This document shows, piece by piece, positions 34,494 to 42,930 of a DNA stretch of 64,000 nucleotides. The notes under the pieces are model-generated. The model saw nothing but the letters and a program-made list of their open reading frames with translations. It ran no database searches and was not told the DNA's origin. The translations under genes and the position numbers were made by a program. This DNA is from Christensenellales bacterium (GTDB lineage Bacteria; Bacillota; Clostridia; Christensenellales; UMGS416): NCBI GenBank assembly GCA_050948665.1, contig JBMNEH010000001.1, positions 1,979,813 to 2,043,812 of the forward strand. The letters are read 5' to 3'. The stretch's first letter is position 1. Each line of letters starts with the position of its first letter.

Positions 34494-35603
34494 CTATCCT
34501 TGCTTGTCAATTTCCTCGGGTGTCCATACGGGCCTGCCTGTATAAACCTTAGCGGTTTCCTCCCCACTGAGTACGCGGGCGGCGCCGGCGGCCATGGCTT
34601 CCAGCTCAAATTCACCAGCATACACATAAACCGGGGCAATCCAACTGCAGGCTTCCGTGATGCCGACTGTCAATTTTGCGCTGTGCGCCATGCCGCCGCT
34701 CAACAGGATCCCGTCGACCTTTCCGTGAAGCACACCCGCCATGGCGCCGATACAACGGATGATCTGATAAACCATGGTGTCCCAAACCAGCGCGGCGTAT
34801 TTGTCCCCCTGTTCGATCATACCAAGCACCTCCCGCGCGTTAGAGGTTCCCAGATGGCTGACAAAGCCACCGGAATGGGTACACAGGCTCTTTATCTCCT
34901 CCTGGTCGTGGCTGTAGCTGTAGTCGATCAACCCGGAAACAGGCAGCGCGCCGCAGCGGGTCGGCGTCATGGGCCCTTCGCCGCCGACGGTATCAAATCC
35001 GTCGATCATACGCCCCCTTTCGTGGGCAGAAACGGAAATCCCGCCGCCGACGTGACAGCCGATATAGTTGCACGATTCGTAAGTTCTTCCCCGGGCGATA
35101 CTATGCCGAATGGCGGTTTCTTTCATATTCAGCGCGTGGAGATGGACGTTCCGGTAGATGCCCTTTACGCCGGTCATGCGAGCGCAAAGGGTCAGCTCAT
35201 CGGTGTCGGGTGGGTTCAGGATAAAGCAGGGTTTTCCGTACTGCAGTGCAAAGCCGTACGCCAGCTGCGGACCCAACTGCGCCGGGTGCTGGATGCCGTT
35301 TGCCCCCCGGGTGGCGTCAGCCAGCAGAATATCGTTGATCTCGTATACGCCGCCCTCCACACTCAAAAGCCCGCCTCCCCGTCCCACAAAGGCATCCATG
35401 GAAGAGAGATCGACCCCCGCCTTCTCCAGCGCGTTTAGAACGGTCTGCTTCCGGTAGGCCAGTTGTGCGGAGATCCCACCAAACCCTGCAAGGCATTCCG
35501 CTTCGTGTGTTACGTTTATGGAAAATATTTCCCGTTTTCCATGAAACACGCCGATCTTTGTGGATGTGGATCCGGGGTTGATTGCGAGAATTGTGAATAC
35601 CAT
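34494..35603 (-). CDS. buk: Butyrate (short-chain acyl) kinase
   Basis: ILAINPGSTSTKIGVF..., ...FVGRGGGL..., HLGTSNAREV. The start is set at the ATG at 35603, 7 nt after GGGAGGG. Confidence 0.85.
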   Translation of the reverse strand: MVFTILAINPGSTSTKIGVFHGKREIFSINVTHEAECLAGFGGISAQLAYRKQTVLNALEKAGVDLSSMDAFVGRGGGLLSVEGGVYEINDILLADATRGANGIQHPAQLGPQLAYGFALQYGKPCFILNPPDTDELTLCARMTGVKGIYRNVHLHALNMKETAIRHSIARGRTYESCNYIGCHVGGGISVSAHERGRMIDGFDTVGGEGPMTPTRCGALPVSGLIDYSYSHDQEEIKSLCTHSGGFVSHLGTSNAREVLGMIEQGDKYAALVWDTMVYQIIRCIGAMAGVLHGKVDGILLSGGMAHSAKLTVGITEACSWIAPVYVYAGEFELEAMAAGAARVLSGEETAKVYTGRPVWTPEEIDKQG

Positions 35604-35851
35604 GTATGACCCTCCCAAACAATTTCCGATTCTACCATGGAAATAGGATCTGCCGTATGCTTTTCAAATTTGGTGCGAAATGAACTTTATTTTTATGATT
35701 ATAAAACATGCAAAAGAATAAAGCAAAATATACTCTGGAAATGAACCCGGCCTACACCGGCTGAGGGCGGATAAAGAAGTGTGCCCGTATATTCGGGAAA
35801 CAATGATCCGATGCGAACCCCGGCCTACCTGCTTCGGTTGCAAGAAATATT

Positions 35852-37132
35852 CTACTTTCCCTCCCGCTCCATGGTGGGGGTAATTCCGTAGGTTTGCCGA
35901 TAGACCTTGCTGAAATAGGCAAAACTGTCATAGCCGCATTGGATGGCGATTTCGCCGATGGAGAATCTGGATTTTTGCAGGAGCTTTCGTGCAAACTCCA
36001 TCTTGATTTTTGTGATCAGCTCCTTGCAGTTGAGATCTTCCAGTTCCTTGATCACATGGCTCACATAACCCGGCGACATATGCAGATCCTCCGCGATTTG
36101 GGTGCGAGTAATGGGTTCTGCCATATGCTCTTCGATATACCTGCAGATCTGCGCCAGATGTTGTCGGTCCCTCTGTTTCATGGAATCGATTTCCCAAGAA
36201 AAGGGCTTCGGCTTCACGGGAAGCAGACAAACAGCGCCGGAATCATGGGACAGCCCGAATTCGATCTCCTCGCTGCGCAAGGAGGAAAGCGCTTCCCGGA
36301 TATGCTGAAAATCCGTACCGCAATACAGCATCCGCGCCGCGCAGCCGATCTCCGCCTCCGACGCATCATAAACCTTTTGCAACGCCTGTTCCATCCGGTC
36401 CGTCAGCGGCGCAAAGAATACGGTGAAGAAAACATTCTCCTGAGGAAACCAGGTAATCCTTGCCAGCGACTGGCGCGGCAGAACAGTATCCAGGAGTTTC
36501 CGATACAAGCTTAGGATCGCCACAGGCTCTAACGGGATTCGGTGCCAGCTGCGGATATGTCCATAGAGTATGGTGCAGGGATCATCGCGCTTGCAATGCA
36601 GGCTCATCCGGCTCAATTGGTTGATTTGGCCATCCAACAATGCGGGCTGCAAAAAACTTTCCTGATAGGTCGGCCAGTTTTCAAAGATAGACTGCGCCGT
36701 GGCGTTGATAACCGCAAAATCCTGTCCACGATAACGGATCAGCTCCTCGCTGCGGCTGCGCGCACTGCGGTTTGCCACCGCCTTGCGCACAGCTTGAATC
36801 ACGTCCTCGTACCGGGCAGGCTGTAGTACATAGTCGGACACCTTCAGAGAAATTGCCTGTTTGGCATACAGAAAGTCCGCATGGGAAGTCAAAAGGATAC
36901 ACTCTGTATCTGTCACCCGCTCTCTCACCCAGGCAAGAAGCTCCAGCCCGCTTCCGCCGGGCATTTCGATATCGGTGATCAGTATATCCGTTTTTTTTTC
37001 TCGCAGGATCGCCCGCGCTTCTTCGGCGGACCCAGCTGTGAACACCTCTGATATGCCCAGCTTGCTCCAGGGGATACAGGAGACAAGGGAGGTCAGAATG
37101 TTGGGTTGATCGTCAACCAGCAGTATGTTCAT
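35852..37132 (-). CDS. Response regulator with AraC-type output domain (YesN-like)
   Basis: Receiver domain NILLVDDQ...DILITDIEMPGGSG, plus a C-terminal AraC HTH (IAEDLHMSPGYVSHVIK...IAIQCGYDSFAYFSKVYRQTYGITP). Confidence 0.85.
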   Translation of the reverse strand: MNILLVDDQPNILTSLVSCIPWSKLGISEVFTAGSAEEARAILREKKTDILITDIEMPGGSGLELLAWVRERVTDTECILLTSHADFLYAKQAISLKVSDYVLQPARYEDVIQAVRKAVANRSARSRSEELIRYRGQDFAVINATAQSIFENWPTYQESFLQPALLDGQINQLSRMSLHCKRDDPCTILYGHIRSWHRIPLEPVAILSLYRKLLDTVLPRQSLARITWFPQENVFFTVFFAPLTDRMEQALQKVYDASEAEIGCAARMLYCGTDFQHIREALSSLRSEEIEFGLSHDSGAVCLLPVKPKPFSWEIDSMKQRDRQHLAQICRYIEEHMAEPITRTQIAEDLHMSPGYVSHVIKELEDLNCKELITKIKMEFARKLLQKSRFSIGEIAIQCGYDSFAYFSKVYRQTYGITPTMEREGK

Positions 37133-37154
37133 ATCCGCTTCCTCTTACAGAATG

Positions 37155-38771
37155 CTATCGGGAGTCTTCCGGCCGAATAGGAAAATGGATCTCCACCACA
37201 GCGTGGGTTTTGTCATTGCGGAAGGTGATGCCTGCCCGGTCGCCGTAGGCCAGCCACAGGCGGTAGCGTACGTTTGCGATGCCAATGTGCTCCTTTCCAT
37301 AGTACATTTGCGAGGGATCGGCGTTGTTCAGCGCTTCCAGAGACTCCGCCGAGAAGCCGCTGCCGTCGTCCCGGATCGAGAGCTCCGCGAAGGGCTCGCC
37401 CTCATCTGACAGCTTCAGTTTCGCTTCGATACGAATCTCCAGCAGATCGTTTTGCCTGCTGTGCTTGATGCTGTTCTCCAGGAAGGTAAGCGCCAGCATA
37501 GGCAGACAGAGCGCGTGCAGCGTCTCGCTTTCCAAGTTAAAGGACAGTCGAAGCTGCCGCCCCATCAACTGACAGAGCTGCGCATATCCCTGCACCGCCG
37601 CAAGCTCCTCCCGCAGAGTAAGGAAACTGCGGTTGTCCTGAAAGAGATATCGCAGATAATCGGACATGAGGAACACCATCTCCTGGATCTTCCCGTCTTC
37701 GTGGATCGACGCCAATGCATTGATATTTTTCAGACAATTTAAATAAAAGTGAGGACGGATCTGCAGCTGGAAATATTGCAGCTGCGCCTGCGCCGCATCC
37801 AGCTGACTCTTGATGCGCTGCAGCTGCGCCGCCTGCATATCGTCAAGCATTTTATTGAAGCCGTCGTAAAAGTCATTGATCTCTTTCATCGAGGACCTTT
37901 CCTCGATGCGGTAGGCGGTATCCTCTTGGGAGATCCGACCGAATGCCTCCCATAGCCGCCGAAGGGGCTCGATCAATTGCTTCTGCATAGCCCGTCCTAC
38001 CAGAAGGATTGCGGAGATAAGGATCACGATCAGGATTGATATGAGTAGCTGCGTGGCATTGTAGCCGCGCAAGAAAGCGGAACGGTATTCCCGCATCACG
38101 ATTTGCATGGGAAAATATCTGAATTCCTTTGCGCTGATGTATTCGGTCGATCGCGCGTCTAAAGGAAGAAACTGCAGGTCGTGGGTTCCGTCTACGGAAG
38201 CCGTGTAGGCCTGATAGCTTTCGTTGCAGCAGGGATCTGCCAGCACGGCAAGGGTGCCGTGCCGGTTTCGGTAATAGGTCACCGCCAGTGTTGTTTCTTC
38301 CAGCGGGATCAATGCGTGAGCGGTCATCCCGGCGCCGGCTGGTTTACTCGCCTCAAAAGTCAACAGTGCGTAAATCTCGGGCTCGATCGGCTGCAGATTG
38401 GTGAAATAGTAGCGGTCACATGCAGCGTTGTACAACACAAAACCGATGATTTCCGGAAAACCGGAAAATGCGTCGCGTAACTTACCGTTCATGAGGGTGG
38501 CGTATTTGGTGACCCGTTCCGCACCGGAGGAATTGCAAAAGACAAGAAAATCCATGCTGTCCACACAACCCTGGACATTTCCGAAGGCCCGCAGCAGAGA
38601 GTCTTCCACGGAAGAAACGATCATGCTCTGGTTGCTGCCGATCATATCCAAATTGCTCTGTTCCATGGTCCGGATCATAGAGTTGTGCAAAAACAGCAAT
38701 AGAATAACACAGGGTATGGTGATCCCCAAAAATGCCGCCCACAGAGTCTGAAAGGGCTTACGTCGTTTCAT
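37155..38771 (-). CDS. Sensor histidine kinase (YesM-like, HisKA_3/His_kinase-type)
   Basis: The start is moved to the ATG at 38771 (MKRRKPFQT) behind GGGGAGGA. It has two TM segments flanking a sensor domain, a HAMP-like region, QIRPHFYLNCL (H box) and the ATPase motifs NSIKHS...DDGSGF. Confidence 0.8.
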   Translation of the reverse strand: MKRRKPFQTLWAAFLGITIPCVILLLFLHNSMIRTMEQSNLDMIGSNQSMIVSSVEDSLLRAFGNVQGCVDSMDFLVFCNSSGAERVTKYATLMNGKLRDAFSGFPEIIGFVLYNAACDRYYFTNLQPIEPEIYALLTFEASKPAGAGMTAHALIPLEETTLAVTYYRNRHGTLAVLADPCCNESYQAYTASVDGTHDLQFLPLDARSTEYISAKEFRYFPMQIVMREYRSAFLRGYNATQLLISILIVILISAILLVGRAMQKQLIEPLRRLWEAFGRISQEDTAYRIEERSSMKEINDFYDGFNKMLDDMQAAQLQRIKSQLDAAQAQLQYFQLQIRPHFYLNCLKNINALASIHEDGKIQEMVFLMSDYLRYLFQDNRSFLTLREELAAVQGYAQLCQLMGRQLRLSFNLESETLHALCLPMLALTFLENSIKHSRQNDLLEIRIEAKLKLSDEGEPFAELSIRDDGSGFSAESLEALNNADPSQMYYGKEHIGIANVRYRLWLAYGDRAGITFRNDKTHAVVEIHFPIRPEDSR

Positions 38772-38868
38772 TGCCGTCCGTCCTCCCCGGATATGTTTAC
38801 GATAACAGAGGAAATCGCTTTTTGCAAATAACAAAGGGATAAATGGACAAATGGTTATAAAAATCGAA

Positions 38869-38906
38869 GGAATATCGGAAAAAAAGTGATAGGATATCGG
38901 AAAAAA
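38869..38906. promoter_or_regulatory. Direct repeats in the divergent kinase/ABC intergenic region, a candidate response-regulator site
   Basis: GGAATATCGGAAAAAA (38869-) and GGATATCGGAAAAAA (38892-) are about 23 bp apart and end about 28 nt upstream of a TATAAT at 38934-38939 that lacks a good -35. Confidence 0.3.
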
Positions 38907-39052
38907 TTTATACCCTTTTGTTCGAAAAGTCAATATAATGTAAAGAGAAAGTATAGAATCAGCAAGCGATGTTCGGACTTATTATGCCGAATATGCTTTT
39001 GGCTAACCACTCTATTGTGAATGATCCGTAAGAACGGGAGAAAGGATACACA

Positions 39053-40039
39053 TTGTACACAAGGAAGACGGTAAAACCGGACAGGCCTCCCGCCCCGAAG
39101 GGGTATATCATCGGCGGCGGGATTCGTGCGATTCCGCATAATCTGTTGCTGGATATACGGCGCAACAAGCTCGTATATCTGCTCCTCTTGTTGATTCTGG
39201 CTTATTTCGTGATCTTCTGTTATATACCGATGGGCGGGCTGGCTATGGCGTTCGAAAAATATTCTCCTGCCAAAGGCCTGTTCCGCAGCAGGTGGGTGGG
39301 CCTGGATAATTTCCGGACCTTCTTCGGCGGTCCCTACCTCAAACGGCTGATCCGCAATACCGTGGCGATCGGTCTTTTGGATTTACTGGTCAATTTCCCC
39401 GCCCCGATCATTTTTGCGCTGATCCTGAATGAGATCAAATGGAAGCCCTTCAAAAAAACGGTGCAGACCATCAGCTATATGCCCTATTTTATCTCTGCTG
39501 TCGTAGCGTGCAGTCTTGTGGTCATGTTCACAAGGGCCGGTGGCGCCATCTCCGAAGCCGTATCATTCCTCACCAACACGGAGGGACGGAATCTTTTAAA
39601 CGAGAAGCAGCTCTTTTGGCTGATTTATGTTCTACAGAATCTTTGGCAGGGTCTGGGCTACGGTTCCATTATTTATCTTGCTGCGCTCAGCTCCGTCGAT
39701 CAGACACTGTACGACGCCGCCGTTATAGATGGTGCCAACCGTTGGGGTCAAACCATTCATGTTACTATTCCCAGCATCATGCCCATGATCATCATGCTGC
39801 TGATCCTGCGTATGGGCATGGTTTTCAACGTCGGTACAGATAAGATACTCCTGTTGTATTCTCCCGCCAACTATGAGTTCTCTGATGTCATCAATACCTA
39901 TGTCTATCGTCTCGGCATTGTGAATAACGACTATGGTGTTTCTACCGCGGTCGGCTTATTTAATTCCGTTATTGGTACCATCATGCTTCTGATTACAAAT
40001 AAAATCGCCAAGAAGTTGTCCGGTACCAGTATGTTTTGA
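39053..40039 (+). CDS. ABC transporter permease (LplB/YtcP-type polysaccharide/oligosaccharide importer)
   Basis: Six-TM MalF-like permease. RNKLVYLLLLLILAYFVIFCYIPMGG is an N-terminus typical of LplB. TTG start behind GAAAGGA. Confidence 0.75.
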   Translation: MYTRKTVKPDRPPAPKGYIIGGGIRAIPHNLLLDIRRNKLVYLLLLLILAYFVIFCYIPMGGLAMAFEKYSPAKGLFRSRWVGLDNFRTFFGGPYLKRLIRNTVAIGLLDLLVNFPAPIIFALILNEIKWKPFKKTVQTISYMPYFISAVVACSLVVMFTRAGGAISEAVSFLTNTEGRNLLNEKQLFWLIYVLQNLWQGLGYGSIIYLAALSSVDQTLYDAAVIDGANRWGQTIHVTIPSIMPMIIMLLILRMGMVFNVGTDKILLLYSPANYEFSDVINTYVYRLGIVNNDYGVSTAVGLFNSVIGTIMLLITNKIAKKLSGTSMF

Positions 40040-40056
40040 TGAGGTGGTAACTGCAA

Positions 40057-40941
40057 ATGGTACAAAAAGCGTCTCCTTCCCGGATCCTTTTTCTGATTGC
40101 GGTCGTGATCCTGCTGATCATCATTGCGCTAATATGCTTCCTGCCGATTTGGCACGTGATCATGGGCTCTATCTCCAATCCCTCTTACCTGACGGTCAAT
40201 AAGGGATTGATCCTGAAGCCCCTGCACAATGTAGACTGGAATGCCTACAAGATCATCGCCGGTTATCAACGGCTGTGGCGGGGCTACCTCAATACGATCA
40301 TCTATATCGTTCTGCAGTGTGTGGTCACCGGCTTTCTCACGGTCATTTCCGGTTACATTTTCTCCCGCAACAGATTCTTTTACCGCAACAGCTTCATGCT
40401 GTTCATCTCCTTCACCATGCTATTCAACGGCGGCATGATCCCACTGTATATGGTGGTGCGGAAACTGGGGATGCTGGATACCGTTTGGGCAATGATCATT
40501 CCGGGCGCGCTGAACGTGTTTAACATTCTGATGATGCGCACCTCCATGCAGGGCATCTCCGATGAGCTAGAGGATGCGGCGCGGGTAGACGGCGCAGGAG
40601 ATTTCGTGATCATGTTCAGGATTATACTGCCTCTGTGCAAGGCCACTTTTGCGGTAATCATGCTGTTCACGATCGTAGGGAAATGGAACGAGTATATGTC
40701 CGCGCTTCTGTATCTCCCCACTAAGACCGAATTATACCCTCTGCAGATGATTCTTCGTACCATCTTGCTGAATACTTCCAAAGAGATCACATCCTCTACC
40801 GATGTTTCCGGCGCCACCCTGTACGCCAGAAATGTGGAATTGGCGGCCATTGTGGTTTCCACCCTGCCGATTCTGTGCGCTTATCCCTTTGTACAGAAAT
40901 ATTTCGTCACAGGCGTGACGCTGGGCGCGGTCAAAAGCTGA
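40057..40941 (+). CDS. Carbohydrate ABC transporter permease (LplC/MalG-type)
   Basis: EAA-loop region DELEDAARVDGAGDFVIMFRIILPL. Confidence 0.8.
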   Translation: MVQKASPSRILFLIAVVILLIIIALICFLPIWHVIMGSISNPSYLTVNKGLILKPLHNVDWNAYKIIAGYQRLWRGYLNTIIYIVLQCVVTGFLTVISGYIFSRNRFFYRNSFMLFISFTMLFNGGMIPLYMVVRKLGMLDTVWAMIIPGALNVFNILMMRTSMQGISDELEDAARVDGAGDFVIMFRIILPLCKATFAVIMLFTIVGKWNEYMSALLYLPTKTELYPLQMILRTILLNTSKEITSSTDVSGATLYARNVELAAIVVSTLPILCAYPFVQKYFVTGVTLGAVKS

Positions 40942-41001
40942 ATTTACTCAATCAAAAGCCATAGTCCACCGGACTAAGGATAATAACAAGGAGGAAAACC
41001 A

Positions 41002-42663
41002 ATGAAAAAGCATGTGAAAATTCCAGTACTACTGCTGGCTGTCATCATGATCTTTACCATGTTTGCCGGCTGCAGCAAGACCAGCTCCGACAAGCCCTCG
41101 GAAGATGCCGGTCAGCAAGAAGCAGCTATGCCTGATTACGTCACCCGTGAGGTGGGAGGTTTGGGCTTGCCTCTCTGCGCCGAGAAGGAAGAACTCACCA
41201 TATGGCTGGTCTACAGCGGCGCCGTCGTTACCGATCTGAATGATATCGAAGGCGTCAAGAGGATGGAAGAGAATACTAATGTTCACATCAACTGGATTCC
41301 CGTTGAGCAGAACGAACTAAGAGACAAATACGGCATTCTGCTGTCTTCGGGTGAATATCCCGACATCATCTACGCGAACATGGCTTATCCCGGGGGGTTT
41401 GAGAAGGGCGTTGAAGACGGTGTCATCCATCCCGATATGGATACGTTGATCCGTACGTATATGCCTAATTACATGGCGCTTATCAACTCCAGCGATCAGG
41501 CCCGCCGCGAGGCGTCCTCTGATGCCGGCAAGCTGCTCGTTGCCCGCACTATCGTTGGTCAAGATAAGACCGCGGAATCAGAAGGCACTTATCAGGGATT
41601 GGCTTATCGTGCCGACCTGTTGGAGGATCTGGGCCTGGATGTTCCCACCACCGTCGAAGAGTGGCACGAGGCGCTTGTCGCCGCAAAGGATGCAGGCATC
41701 GAAGCCCCCTTCAACCTTGATCAGAACGGCGGCTCCCCCCTGGCTTTGGCATGGGGTGTCGCAACCGACAACTGGCTGCAGCTGGACGGTGATAAGGTCG
41801 TCTGCGGCGCTACCCTCCCCACATTTGAGGGCTATCTGGAAACCATGAAGCAGTGGTACTCTGAGGGGTTGATCAACCCCAACTTTACCTCTTTCCACTA
41901 CTATCTGACCACACCGGAATCCGTCAACTCCAACCAGTGCCTGCTGTACAGCCGGGTGCTGTCCGCTTTCACCGGCAAAAACTATGTGAATTATCGTATG
42001 GTCACCGAGCAGCCCGATGCGTTCCTGCAGGCCATTCCCATGCCAGTGCTGAAAGCCGGCGATGAGGTCATTCAGTACGGCAATCGTCTGATTGCCAAGG
42101 AGGGCGCGTATATCACCACCTCCTGCAAGAATCCCGAACTGGCTGCCAAGTGGCTGGACTATCAGTACAGCGAAGAGGGGCAATACCTGAACTGGTACGG
42201 CATCGAGGGTGTAACCTATGAGATCGGCGAGGATGGTACGCCCGTCTTTACCGATATCGTGTTCAACAACGATACCGGCATGTCTCCCTCCGACTTCCTT
42301 CAAAAGTACGCCCTAAACCAGGGCCAGAGCTGGCTGGGCAAGCACGACGTTTCCGCCAGCTGGAAGATCTCTACAGCCGCGGCCGGCGGCCAGAATCAGG
42401 AGCTGATCTCCGTCGCGATCTGGAGCGAGCCCAAAACCAACATTTACCTCACTGATACCATCACTCTCACTGAGGCGGAGGGCGACGAGGCCAATACTAA
42501 GATGACCGCGCTGAGAACCATGATCGAAGAGTATACCGTCAACTACATCATCGGTCAGGAAGTAAAGCCTTTTGAGGAATTCCAAAAAGATCTGATCGAG
42601 TTCGGTGTTGAGGATGTCGTAGCCATCTATCAGGCCGGCTACAACCGCTTCCTCGCAAGGTAA
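41002..42663 (+). CDS. Extracellular solute-binding lipoprotein (LplA-type, about 550 aa)
   Basis: Signal peptide with the lipobox MFAGC|S. The large family-1 SBP size is typical of LplA-like oligosaccharide binders. Confidence 0.8.
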   Translation: MKKHVKIPVLLLAVIMIFTMFAGCSKTSSDKPSEDAGQQEAAMPDYVTREVGGLGLPLCAEKEELTIWLVYSGAVVTDLNDIEGVKRMEENTNVHINWIPVEQNELRDKYGILLSSGEYPDIIYANMAYPGGFEKGVEDGVIHPDMDTLIRTYMPNYMALINSSDQARREASSDAGKLLVARTIVGQDKTAESEGTYQGLAYRADLLEDLGLDVPTTVEEWHEALVAAKDAGIEAPFNLDQNGGSPLALAWGVATDNWLQLDGDKVVCGATLPTFEGYLETMKQWYSEGLINPNFTSFHYYLTTPESVNSNQCLLYSRVLSAFTGKNYVNYRMVTEQPDAFLQAIPMPVLKAGDEVIQYGNRLIAKEGAYITTSCKNPELAAKWLDYQYSEEGQYLNWYGIEGVTYEIGEDGTPVFTDIVFNNDTGMSPSDFLQKYALNQGQSWLGKHDVSASWKISTAAAGGQNQELISVAIWSEPKTNIYLTDTITLTEAEGDEANTKMTALRTMIEEYTVNYIIGQEVKPFEEFQKDLIEFGVEDVVAIYQAGYNRFLAR

Positions 42664-42723
42664 TGTCCGGTCCCCGCGGGTAAGGAATGGTCCTTCCCCG
42701 CTCGCATAAAAAGGAAACCCGTC

Positions 42724-42775
42724 GGGAGCGATTCCCGGACGCTCTGAGGCATGAGGCGGTCCGGAAATCGCTCCC
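42724..42775. repeat. Long inverted repeat (17-bp stem, one mismatch, 18-nt loop)
   Basis: gggagcgattcccggac ... gtccggaaatcgctccc, between the SBP stop and the GH5 start. No T-tract follows. Confidence 0.5.
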
Positions 42776-42930
42776 ACAACCTATTTGGAATACCAAAAGG
42801 AATAGGAATTTGAAAGCGATAGCTTTCTGCCCTGTTTTGTGGTTTTCGTCTTGAAGAGGGTCGGCGACCTCGGCGGTAAATTCCCGGGATTGAAAAAGGC
42901 CCCATTTCCGCAGAAAGGATAATTATAAGT

